Assembly (NCBI GenBank): GCA_027022365.1
Contig: JALVYU010000031.1
Coordinates: forward strand, 416,001-480,000
Origin: Desulfurococcales archaeon
Lineage (GTDB): Archaea > Thermoproteota > Thermoprotei_A > Sulfolobales > Desulfurococcaceae
Length of the DNA: 64,000 nucleotides
Direction of reading: 5' to 3'
Of this stretch, positions 49,079-58,371 are shown piece by piece. The position numbers and the translations under genes were made by a program. Under the pieces are notes generated by a model, which searched no databases, was not told the origin of the DNA, and saw nothing but the letters and a program-made list of their open reading frames with translations. Each line of letters starts with the position of its first letter. The first letter of the stretch is position 1.

Positions 49079-50017
49079 ATGGGGCTGTATATGATGAGCA
49101 ACAATATTCATTTCTTCCGTGTAGGCTTGTATATTGAGGGTTTTAGGGGTGTTTTGTTCACTGGTAAGCTTGTTAAGACCATTATTATCCGGGTGTTGCC
49201 TGAGCTCGGCGGGTTCTTCCAGCCTTCTCGGTCGGGTTATCCGAAGCTTATCCATGTTTCGCCGCTCTACACCCGTGTCGGTGGGAGGATTAGGTGTGTT
49301 TACAGCAGTATTGACTGCAGGGGCGATACGGCCAGGTGCGGTGGTAGGCCCTCGCAAGTGGTTCTGAATGGGGATTACTGGTTCTATATTGGTTTCTCCG
49401 AGAAGCTGTTGAGCCACGAGAAATTCCTGGAGGCGGTGATGGGTCTCGACGACTGCTTCGTCTTCATGGATCAGAGGGTGTGCGCCGTGCTTAGCGAGCT
49501 AGAGTACATCAATATGAGGGAGGCAATACTCGATACCGCGAGGAGGGTACTGGGGAGCGGTAAGCTCAAGATAGTGTTCTCCTCCCCCACAATGCTGAGG
49601 GATCCCTTCAAGCGGACGAAACACAAGTCACTCATACCCACAGTATTCAACATATTCTCGACACCGCTCTACCTCATGCTGCACAACACGGGCTCCTACA
49701 GCCTCAGGAAATACAGGAGGCAGCTCCTGATACTCCACAAGATCTTCAACGAGCCGTACACCACCCTTAAAACCGTCAAGCTAAAATGGGTCGTCTACAA
49801 GCACAGGCCGGAGCCGACAATAACCGGGTACATGAACCTCTTCATCAACCAGGACTACCTACAGTACTACGGGAGATACATAGACATGGAGAAATACCTG
49901 GGAGAAATACTAACATACATGGCAGCACTAGGCGTAGGAGTAGGAAGAGCAACGGGATTCGGCCACGTAACCGTAGAGCCCGGACAGAAAAAGGAGAACG
50001 CCGCAGAGGGGAAATAA
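49079..50017 (+). CDS. cas6: Cas6 endoribonuclease (second paralog)
   Basis: FTGKLVK, IHVSPL, FSSPT, GVGVGRATGFGHV. Confidence 0.9.
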   Translation: MGLYMMSNNIHFFRVGLYIEGFRGVLFTGKLVKTIIIRVLPELGGFFQPSRSGYPKLIHVSPLYTRVGGRIRCVYSSIDCRGDTARCGGRPSQVVLNGDYWFYIGFSEKLLSHEKFLEAVMGLDDCFVFMDQRVCAVLSELEYINMREAILDTARRVLGSGKLKIVFSSPTMLRDPFKRTKHKSLIPTVFNIFSTPLYLMLHNTGSYSLRKYRRQLLILHKIFNEPYTTLKTVKLKWVVYKHRPEPTITGYMNLFINQDYLQYYGRYIDMEKYLGEILTYMAALGVGVGRATGFGHVTVEPGQKKENAAEGK

Positions 50018-50259
50018 CATCATAGGCTTTTTCAACAAAATAATATCTCATCTAAACACGCACAAAGAAAAACAACTAAGCGAGAACTCCACACAACCAT
50101 GTTCAAGGACAGTATCCTACATCTTGTATTTCTTCGCAAGTAACTTAGACCACATACATTAAACAAGTAATACACGGTCAAAACAAAGCTGAGCACATTA
50201 CGGGTCCTGCATTGCAAACGCCTAAAAGGCATGGCTAATCTAGCCCACTATGTCATTAT

Positions 50260-50626
50260 GAGTAAATATGTCAATGTCATAGCGCTCTTTATCGTATTTT
50301 TCATATCAAGATTATCTCATCCTCTGTTACCAGCGGTTCTCGATGAGATATTGCCATTGCCACGATAACTCAGTCTATGTAGTAGCTGGCAAGCCTATGT
50401 AGCCCGTATGATGCCTCAATGATATATTCTCTAAAGCATGGAACTCCGTCGAATGTCCAGAATATAGTGTTTGTTGCCTCGGATACATAGCCTAGAGGCT
50501 TTTGCTTGTAGTTCGAACAAAAAGATCAAGCTTATTCTTGTCTTGCCCTCTATAAACGCCCTTAAAAGATAAGTTTTTAACCCGTATACTCCCCTATAGA
50601 AGAAGGTACATCATATACACAATCAT
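50260..50626 (-). pseudogene. Decayed VapC (PIN) toxin
   Basis: Fragments LFELQAKA and YID*VIVAMAISHREPLVTED with stops and frameshifts, downstream of antitoxin. Confidence 0.6.
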
Positions 50627-50877
50627 CTCACGATGAACCTCTTATTGGGCTCTCTTCGTAGACCATTAAGCTCTTCCGCAGAGACCTCAGCTATTTTCTC
50701 AGAATATATCAGCTTAATCAATTCTTGTTTACCACTTAGGCTATCCCGCAGCAATTCATTCAATACTCTAGGCATTCCCCTAACCGTACCATACCTCCTA
50801 ATGTTCTCCTTTACTAGTTTTTTATAAATACCGTCATCTAAGATTACGGTAGTATGTTTGGACATATAACCGCCCAA
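50623..50877 (-). CDS. RHH/VapB-like antitoxin
   Basis: TTVILDDGIYKKLVKE...VLNELLR. Confidence 0.7.
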   Translation of the reverse strand: MGGYMSKHTTVILDDGIYKKLVKENIRRYGTVRGMPRVLNELLRDSLSGKQELIKLIYSEKIAEVSAEELNGLRREPNKRFIVR

Positions 50878-50997
50878 GCATTATGATATGTAGAATCATA
50901 TGTATTCTTCTAGGGCCGATAGATAATTCGGTATGCTACTTACTATTTCCATCTATATCGGCCGACTTTGATGCCAACCATTATTGATCTTAGAATA

Positions 50998-51747
50998 TTA
51001 TAGTCTCTTTATAATAGTACGCCTGTTCGTTTCGATGGTGAATATTCCTAGAATTATCGTAAACAATAGTAGGACCAAAAAATCTATACCTAAGCTGAAC
51101 GCTGATCTCCCTATGTATAAATCGTTGATTATGTCAGCATAATATGTTAACGGCGATACATACGATAAGGGTCTCATAAGTATTGGTAGCCTATTTATTG
51201 GAACAAATACTCCGCTTATGAATATAAGTGGCATCCTAACAACACTTGATAATAGGACCGCGTCTGCTGGTACATCGGAGGGTATAGCGGAGAAAAGAAG
51301 GCCCATAAACGAATAACATATCGACGATAGTAGTATGGACGCAATAAGAACAGGTATGTTTGCTGGGCATACACCAAGAAATATCCCAATAGCAATTATA
51401 ACTAATGATATAAAGACTCCGTAGAGCATTGATGCAAGACATGTTCCCATCAATACTAATTCAATAGTTATTGGTCTTGCTAGTATCATTTCAAGTGTCT
51501 TTTGCCTAGTCTCCCACGGTAATATTACAGGTGTGATAGAAGAAGCTGCGAAAAAGGAGGATATGGATAATAACATGGCGACCGCACTACCTATACTTGG
51601 AGATGAACCGATCATAAATGCAAGCCATAAAAACATAGGCATGAATACGCCCATTACGATCGTTGGTCCCTTGAAATAATAAAGTCTCATATCCTTAATG
51701 CTCAAGGCCCATATCTTCTTCAAATAATCACTTATACATGCTACCAT
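50998..51747 (-). CDS. ABC-2 permease
   Basis: FISGVFVP, SPLTY; 6 TM segments. Confidence 0.88.
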   Translation of the reverse strand: MVACISDYLKKIWALSIKDMRLYYFKGPTIVMGVFMPMFLWLAFMIGSSPSIGSAVAMLLSISSFFAASSITPVILPWETRQKTLEMILARPITIELVLMGTCLASMLYGVFISLVIIAIGIFLGVCPANIPVLIASILLSSICYSFMGLLFSAIPSDVPADAVLLSSVVRMPLIFISGVFVPINRLPILMRPLSYVSPLTYYADIINDLYIGRSAFSLGIDFLVLLLFTIILGIFTIETNRRTIIKRL

Positions 51748-51748
51748 A

Positions 51749-52675
51749 TTACTCGCCCCTAACTATTCTGACGAATATGTCCTCGAATGACTGGGATTCT
51801 ATATGTAGATCCTTTATCCTTAGACCTAACCTGTGTTTAATATTCATGATCTTATCCAATACTTCATCTAATTCGTTCTTCTCACATATTATGGTTACCC
51901 ATTTCTCATCGCATGTTACATTGTAATGATCTCTGAGCTCGTTGAGAACGCTAGAATCAATACTGTTATCGAATAAAACCTTTATCTCTATATACTTTCC
52001 ATATCTTATCCTTAGATCATCAGGGGTGCCCTCTGCTATGATTTTTCCCTTATTAATGATCGCCACACGATCACAAAGCATGCCTGCTTCATCAATATTG
52101 TGGGTGGTTAATACTATAGTCTTACCGTTCCTGCGAAGCCCCATAATCATCGACCTGATTTTCCGAGCACTAAAAACATCTAGTCCTGATGTTGGCTCGT
52201 CGAGAAACAATATTTCCGGATCACTGATTAGAGCCATAGCCAGTAAGAGCCTCCTCCTCATCCCCTTAGATAATGTTTTTGCCTTGGAGCTTCTTCTATC
52301 ATATAAACCGAGCTCCTCCAGGAGGAATTTTCCCCTCTCAATAATGGTTTCTTTAGGAATGCAATAGAGCTTGCCTATAAGTACAAGATTATCCCAGACA
52401 CTCAGATCCACATATGGATTCGAAACCTCTGGAACAACGCCTATATGGCTCCGAGCCCCTATAGGGTTTCTATGCACATCAATACCCATTATAAACGCGC
52501 GTCCTCTATCGGGCCTCAATAAACCAGTGATCATCCTTATAGTCGTAGTTTTACCCGCTCCGTTAGGACCCAAAAGACCAAAAATCTCGCCGCGAGATAC
52601 ACTAAAGGAAACACCACGGACAGCCTCAACAGATCCGAAGCTCTTATACAGTCCAATAGCTTCGACCATGGTCAT
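51749..52675 (-). CDS. ABC-2 ATPase
   Basis: GPNGAGKTT, LSKGM, FLDEPT. Confidence 0.92.
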   Translation of the reverse strand: MTMVEAIGLYKSFGSVEAVRGVSFSVSRGEIFGLLGPNGAGKTTTIRMITGLLRPDRGRAFIMGIDVHRNPIGARSHIGVVPEVSNPYVDLSVWDNLVLIGKLYCIPKETIIERGKFLLEELGLYDRRSSKAKTLSKGMRRRLLLAMALISDPEILFLDEPTSGLDVFSARKIRSMIMGLRRNGKTIVLTTHNIDEAGMLCDRVAIINKGKIIAEGTPDDLRIRYGKYIEIKVLFDNSIDSSVLNELRDHYNVTCDEKWVTIICEKNELDEVLDKIMNIKHRLGLRIKDLHIESQSFEDIFVRIVRGE

Positions 52676-53189
52676 ACTGCTCCTTCACCACCAATCTAAT
52701 ACATATGTAGACTTTCATCATATTTCTTAAGATACTGCTTCGACATAGTCAACTTAATCTTTCATCTAATGAACTTTACAACATCTCTATCTCGTATAAT
52801 ATTTCCCATATTTAATTTCTACTCTCATAAGTTGTACTTGAAAAAGCATAATCAATAATATACTACCGCATAAAAGGGATCAAAAACCATGTAATTATCA
52901 AATTATTATATAGTTTTTCATTATAAGATCCAAAGATTGGCTTCTCCAAAAACAGACATATTCTGTATTAGTTCTAATCCAAACAATCCGGGCTTAACAG
53001 GGATAAGTATGCTATGGCTTCAAAAAGGATCTAGATCTTAATTGTGCATTATAAGACACATATTGTGAAGAAGCAGTCATCGCTGGGCTTAAACAGGATA
53101 TGCTCGTGATCACACAGTAAAGAGCAAGAAGAAATCCATGTCCGTGTCTGAATAATTGGGAACGACGGGTTGGAAATAAGCAAAGTATT

Positions 53190-53603
53190 CTATGGTATAA
53201 AGATTGTACTTACACCATGTTTTTCCGCGGTTTCTGCTTGTTTCTTATCGCTTGTCAGTAGCTGCGCTTGTTTCTGGAGGGCTTGGACTATATATAGGGA
53301 ATCATATATTGTTGCCTTATTTTTCAGGGCGAAATCGAATGCGGGTTCTAGGTACTTGTGTTGGGGCTCGATCCTTATGATTTCTTGATCGGTTAGTTTG
53401 AACAGGATGTTCTTCTTTGCATAAGCTATTCCGATTGGTATAGACCGGAATATGGAGTAGTGCTTCCATATAGCATTTAATACTTCTTTGAGCATCAAAT
53501 CTAGGCTGAATACCTCGCTGTACAGGAGGTATTCTCTTATTTCACGCCAGTTCTCTTCTTTAAGAACATATTTGGCAACAGACGAGGCATCAATAACGAT
53601 CAC
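53190..53603 (-). CDS. vapC: VapC PIN-domain toxin
   Basis: IVIDAS, EVLNA, IYDSLY, LLTSD. Confidence 0.92.
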   Translation of the reverse strand: MIVIDASSVAKYVLKEENWREIREYLLYSEVFSLDLMLKEVLNAIWKHYSIFRSIPIGIAYAKKNILFKLTDQEIIRIEPQHKYLEPAFDFALKNKATIYDSLYIVQALQKQAQLLTSDKKQAETAEKHGVSTIFIP

Positions 53604-53820
53604 GGTCTTCCCTCACGCTCCTCGACCCAGAACCCCTAGGCAGGACGGGGTGTTTTTCGAGTTCTCTCTGGATTTCCTCTAGGACAAGACGCTTCTTATA
53701 GTACTTGATCCGCTGCTCTATGAAATCTATTATTTCTTTTTTCCAATCTATTTCCCCCTTTAGCCTATCCATTTCCTCTTTGAGCCTGCGGGGTATTCGT
53801 ATACTTAGGACCGTGCTCAA
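53590..53820 (-). CDS. vapB: VapB RHH antitoxin
   Basis: STVLSIRIPRRLKEEM; overlaps vapC. Confidence 0.88.
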   Translation of the reverse strand: MSTVLSIRIPRRLKEEMDRLKGEIDWKKEIIDFIEQRIKYYKKRLVLEEIQRELEKHPVLPRGSGSRSVREDRDRY

Positions 53821-54088
53821 CCGTTTACACCGATTCCATGGATATTGTATACAGTTATTTAAACCTACCTATTGTTCAATTAACCAATGCAGAACAATAA
53901 CTACTCATTTCCTTATCCCATGAAATACCTTGTTCCCCCATCATGTTCGGAAATCTCGATAATTTCTTTCAAGCGAATACGATAGGATACAATGCGGGTA
54001 TCCATCGTCTAAACGAAGATTGATGTTTTCCCCGCTAGGCTAACCTGCAGATATGCTCTACGGCGTCTTAGCGAGAACCATGTGCCGG

Positions 54089-55426
54089 CTAGGATTTTAT
54101 GTTGATGATTATGGGCGGCTCCTTCTCCACGATTATAATTTCGATACGATCGGCTACGCGCGTGGTATTAGTCAGGTATAGTGTTTCAATAATGTGGCCA
54201 AGCTCTACGGGATCATGTTTTCCGAATATCAGGAAAGCAAAATACTTTTTATTACTAGTTTCCCTTATCCTTAGTTCATCAATATACGTCCTGAGCTGTA
54301 CAGGAGCCTCCTTAGACCTTGTACTCGTCTTAGCCTCCGCAACCAGGGTTATGGGAGAGCTATGGTCGCAGAAGAAATCGGGTCTTAACCCGTGATCAAC
54401 GCTTCTATCCGAGGAGCAGATGAGGCCAAGGCGATCAACGTATTTCTCGTAGATGTACTTGACCCCCTTATTCAAGACGATGTTATGGATGCGATCATAC
54501 CTCTTCGTCTCATCCATTATTCTGAGCTTTTCCTTGAACACTCGTCTCTGGATCTCGGGATCGATCCTCGATGCGGCCTCACATATGCTCTTTAGCGGGC
54601 ATACCCAACAGTACGAATACTCCATATCCTTATTACATAGGCCGAGAATCATGGGCCTGGATAGGACAAAATCATACTTCACGGGATCCTTAGGGTTGAT
54701 GCTGCGGAGAATGCTTGTGACGAGATAGACGCTCTTCCTGCTCCTCGGCAACTCCTTGGTTCTTCCCAGGAAGACCCTAGCGGCTGTCCTCGCTATCTCT
54801 GTGCCCAGGGGGACTAGGAGGCGTTTCTTATCAATGATGCTGGACCATAGCCCGAGGTCGGGGTACTCGTCCCTAGTCATCCATCTAAGGAACAAGTTGA
54901 TCCTCTTGTGTGGGGAACTCTTTTTCCTCGAAAGAAACCTGTTTAGTAGCCCGGCTAGTTCCTTGGAGGGCGCTGAATCCATTGTTTTATGATATATGTG
55001 CTCGGCTATCCCAACATCTATGTCTCCCTCTATACTGGGTATGAGGGATTCCCAGTCTGTTTCATAGTATGTTCTCAAAAGGATCTTGAAGAGAGCCGCA
55101 CTACGATCAAACCTGTGGAAGAACGATGTCTTTTCCAATAGTTTGCCGAGCATATCCTCGAAGTATTTATCGTCGAGGAGATCAAATACCCCGATCCTTT
55201 TCCCGCTTAGATAATATATGATCTCCAGAAACCTTGACCTTATCAGGCTCACCCGCATCTGGAAATCATATAGCGCCGAGAGAAACGCTACCGCTCCTAC
55301 CTCGAAGGGGTCGCGGCCTACAAGCCTCATGTACTCGTGCGGGATGCTTAGCATTGACGTGTATAGATAACGGCTTGACAGAAAATCATACAGGTTATCG
55401 AGCAATAAACGTGTGCTAGAACACAT
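54089..55426 (-). CDS. DUF2400/TIGR02757-like protein with Cys cluster and C-terminal PD-(D/E)XK nuclease-like domain
   Basis: KRINLFLRWMTR, DLGLW, DPVKYDF, C-X8-C-X2-C-X5-C, RPD...AEAK...QLRTY. Confidence 0.75.
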   Translation of the reverse strand: MCSSTRLLLDNLYDFLSSRYLYTSMLSIPHEYMRLVGRDPFEVGAVAFLSALYDFQMRVSLIRSRFLEIIYYLSGKRIGVFDLLDDKYFEDMLGKLLEKTSFFHRFDRSAALFKILLRTYYETDWESLIPSIEGDIDVGIAEHIYHKTMDSAPSKELAGLLNRFLSRKKSSPHKRINLFLRWMTRDEYPDLGLWSSIIDKKRLLVPLGTEIARTAARVFLGRTKELPRSRKSVYLVTSILRSINPKDPVKYDFVLSRPMILGLCNKDMEYSYCWVCPLKSICEAASRIDPEIQRRVFKEKLRIMDETKRYDRIHNIVLNKGVKYIYEKYVDRLGLICSSDRSVDHGLRPDFFCDHSSPITLVAEAKTSTRSKEAPVQLRTYIDELRIRETSNKKYFAFLIFGKHDPVELGHIIETLYLTNTTRVADRIEIIIVEKEPPIIINIKS

Positions 55427-55681
55427 TACTTGTTACCCGGTAAAACACTGGCGTGCCTTGATAATATTTGTTGTGTATCGTGCAGCCCTATAGCGGCTCA
55501 GACCATTAACATCCGGGCCAGTGGCGGGTTATACCCCGTCCTTGTAGCGCGTGCCCGGCTCGGTGCGGTGTGGCCGGGCCCCCGTATGGGATCGGATGAG
55601 CTGTGCTCGCCGGGTTGATTAATCTATTTTAGGCTGATCACCGGTAGTAGATTATGAGGATTGTAGGAGAATTAATACTAG

Positions 55682-56815
55682 TTGTTTAGCGTTACGGCTT
55701 ATCGTTTGAACGGGGTTGATTTGTTGAATCAGCTCTTCATATTCAAGAGGCTTGGGATGCTTACAAGGCTTTTCAGCGATTTAAAGCTAGATATTGATTA
55801 TTCTAATATTGATAAGACTGTGATTGATTACGCCTGGGAGAACTATGGTAAGAACATAGTGTTTAACCTACCCTTCGACATGGTGGAGAGCGGCGAGTTC
55901 ATCAAGGAGGTTTATCCCCACGACGTGCCAGTCGGGCTGGTTGATGATATGGAGAAGTTTGCCCATAATATTTATGATCGTCTCGACTCGTTCGACTATA
56001 TCATGCTCTACAGTGAGAGCCTGCTGGACATAATATCCTTCAGATCCTTCCTGAAGCAGCTAATGCATGTACGTCCCGGCTTTAAGAGGATAATTGTTTT
56101 AAGAATCGATAAGGGCACGGAGAAGGACGATATAGACCTGTTCATCGAGATGTCGAGGATATACGGCTACCGCCCGGTCCTGCTGATCAGGGATGAGAGG
56201 GTGTACGATGACGTCAGGCTTCTCCTCAACCTGGCGGATGCGCGGCACTGCACGACTAAGTGGTTCAATTATGATGTGAAGATCTTCTTTATCAGGGGGA
56301 CTCTTGACACCCTCACCGTTCTCGCTCCAAGCGATAACCCCGACATAGAAATGGTCTCGTTCAGGGACTGTATAGCGTTTCTCTGCCACGGCCACGGGCA
56401 ATTATCGCTTTCATCTATTATCAGCTTTATCTACGAGAACTCTAAGCCAGTGCTAAGGATCGGCGATGTCTTGATCGATGACTCCTTCATAAATATTATA
56501 GAATACATTATGGAGTACAAGAGTATACGGGCTACGAGTAAGCTGGTCGGAATATCATACTCTCGTATCAGGAGGACGATCAAGGACCTGGAGAGAATAG
56601 AGAAGATACTCGGGATACAGCTTATCGAGACTAAGAGGGGGGGCAGCGAGCACGGGAAAACAGTGTTCACCCATATAGGTAGGATCGTGTTTGACAATAT
56701 AAGGGAGCTTTACAGCGAGCTGGTTAAAGCGTATTCCTCCGTGGTAACAAATACGATGGAGGAGCTCAGGGGGAGGGATAATAGGCCGCTCTGCATATTC
56801 CCGCTATCAATCTAG
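55682..56815 (+). CDS. Putative regulator with C-terminal ModE-type wHTH
   Basis: SIRATSKLVGISYSR...LIETKRGGSEHGKTVFT. Confidence 0.7.
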   Translation: MFSVTAYRLNGVDLLNQLFIFKRLGMLTRLFSDLKLDIDYSNIDKTVIDYAWENYGKNIVFNLPFDMVESGEFIKEVYPHDVPVGLVDDMEKFAHNIYDRLDSFDYIMLYSESLLDIISFRSFLKQLMHVRPGFKRIIVLRIDKGTEKDDIDLFIEMSRIYGYRPVLLIRDERVYDDVRLLLNLADARHCTTKWFNYDVKIFFIRGTLDTLTVLAPSDNPDIEMVSFRDCIAFLCHGHGQLSLSSIISFIYENSKPVLRIGDVLIDDSFINIIEYIMEYKSIRATSKLVGISYSRIRRTIKDLERIEKILGIQLIETKRGGSEHGKTVFTHIGRIVFDNIRELYSELVKAYSSVVTNTMEELRGRDNRPLCIFPLSI

Positions 56816-57049
56816 GTGCTCCAGCACGAGGACGTAGTCGTATTCCCCGGGCACTGGCTTCCAGTCCTCCCGGCCTAGTGCGGCAAGTATCTTCCCTAGA
56901 TCCTCGCCGCTAATGTATATTCTGATATTCTTTCCGAGCCTTATGCGCTCCATGACCTTGTCCCCGTATTCCTGGCCGATGCACCTACTGATCGCTTCGT
57001 AGACCAGCCCGTCATCGTACTCCCCTAGGGGCTCGACTATGCCGAACAA
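56807..57049 (-). CDS. Small hydrogenase-operon protein (possibly HycH-like); frame open to ~57120
   Basis: Last ORF of the operon; identity inferred from position only. Confidence 0.5.
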   Translation of the reverse strand: MFGIVEPLGEYDDGLVYEAISRCIGQEYGDKVMERIRLGKNIRIYISGEDLGKILAALGREDWKPVPGEYDYVLVLEHLD

Positions 57050-57089
57050 TACCTCGTAGTGCCTGGTCTCTGCCGATAGCTTGTGCCTC

Positions 57090-57839
57090 TTATACCTGTA
57101 CTCTATGCTTACCCTGTACAGTCCCCGTCTCCCCCTTGATCTTCTCGACTATGTATCCACCGGCTATGCTGTATACTTCTCTGAGCCGGGGGTCTTTAAG
57201 CCTCGAGGCCTTATCCATGATCTTCTCTCTGAGCTCCTCTACTGTTCTCGAGCTATTTATTATCTCGAGCAGATCGTCCAGTATGTAGTCCCGGTCATAG
57301 TAGCCCACATACCTTGTAAGATAGTATCTCAGATCCTTGTAGAGCCTCTCGTTGAAGAGCACGCCGTATCTGCGGTCTAGGACGTGTCTTCTCGGATAGA
57401 GTATCTTCGCCTCGATCTTCTTGTTAACTAGGCCGAGCAGCTGGCCGAGCCCGAAAAGTATTGCTTCGGGCCTGGGCGGGCAGCCGGGTATGTATATGTG
57501 TACGGGGATTATCTTGTCGACCCCGCCGTACACAGCCAGGCTGTCGTAGAAGATCCCCCCGGCGATAGCGCACGCCCCTACAGCGGCGACTATTCTTGGT
57601 TTGGGCGGCATCGCCTCGTATACTCTCTTCAACCCTATCACGGCCTGCCTGTTCACCGAGCCGCTTACAAGCAGTGCATCCGCCTGCCTAGGCGTGGGCA
57701 CGAGCTTCACGCCGAACCTCTCGACATCGTAGAACGGCGTCAGGACGTCGAGTACCTCGATATCGCATCCATTACAGGCGCTGGCATCTACGTGGAATAC
57801 CCATACGCTCCTAAAACGGGGTCTGGGACGCCCTCCCAT
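57090..57839 (-). CDS. hycG: Group 4 hydrogenase small subunit (HycG-like)
   Basis: ACNGCDIE, GACAIAGG, IPGCPPRPEA. Confidence 0.9.
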   Translation of the reverse strand: MGGRPRPRFRSVWVFHVDASACNGCDIEVLDVLTPFYDVERFGVKLVPTPRQADALLVSGSVNRQAVIGLKRVYEAMPPKPRIVAAVGACAIAGGIFYDSLAVYGGVDKIIPVHIYIPGCPPRPEAILFGLGQLLGLVNKKIEAKILYPRRHVLDRRYGVLFNERLYKDLRYYLTRYVGYYDRDYILDDLLEIINSSRTVEELREKIMDKASRLKDPRLREVYSIAGGYIVEKIKGETGTVQGKHRVQV

Positions 57840-58365
57840 ACTTATCAGTCCTCCTACTACGTAGTGCGTCGTGCGAGAAAACCTGTCTTCTACAGTCCCG
57901 GCAGAGGAACATCCTGTCTAGAAGCTCTTTTCTCCTCTCCCTGGGTATTCTTGTCAGCAAAGTGTATGCTCTGTGGATCTGTCTCTCGGTGAACTCCGTG
58001 TACCTGCCGCACCGGGAGCATGTGTGGAGCTCTAGGTTGACCTCGTAGATCAGGTCATCCTTCGACGGCGTGGCCATCTCGAATATGTTGGTGAGAACTA
58101 TGGCTCCCTCGGGGCATACCTCCCAGCACCTGCCGCAGTAGATGCATCTACCGTAGAAGATCCTTATCCTCGCGTATCCCTCCCGGTAGTCGATCTCCTT
58201 CGTTATAGCGTTTGGCGGGCACGCCTCCGCGCATGCGCCGCAGCCGATGCAGAGGTCGGGGTTTATCTCCGGCTTACCCCTCAGCTCCCTCGGGGGCTCG
58301 AGGGGTTCTAGCGGGTACCTGAACGTGACTACCCATTTATCGGTCTTCTCAAAGTACTTCGCCAC
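57811..58365 (-). CDS. hycF: 2x[4Fe-4S] subunit (HycF/NuoI-like)
   Basis: CIGCGACAEACP, CIYCGRCWEVCP, CSRC...CRDC. Confidence 0.9.
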   Translation of the reverse strand: MAKYFEKTDKWVVTFRYPLEPLEPPRELRGKPEINPDLCIGCGACAEACPPNAITKEIDYREGYARIRIFYGRCIYCGRCWEVCPEGAIVLTNIFEMATPSKDDLIYEVNLELHTCSRCGRYTEFTERQIHRAYTLLTRIPRERRKELLDRMFLCRDCRRQVFSHDALRSRRTDKYGRASQTPF

Positions 58366-58371
58366 GGCCCC

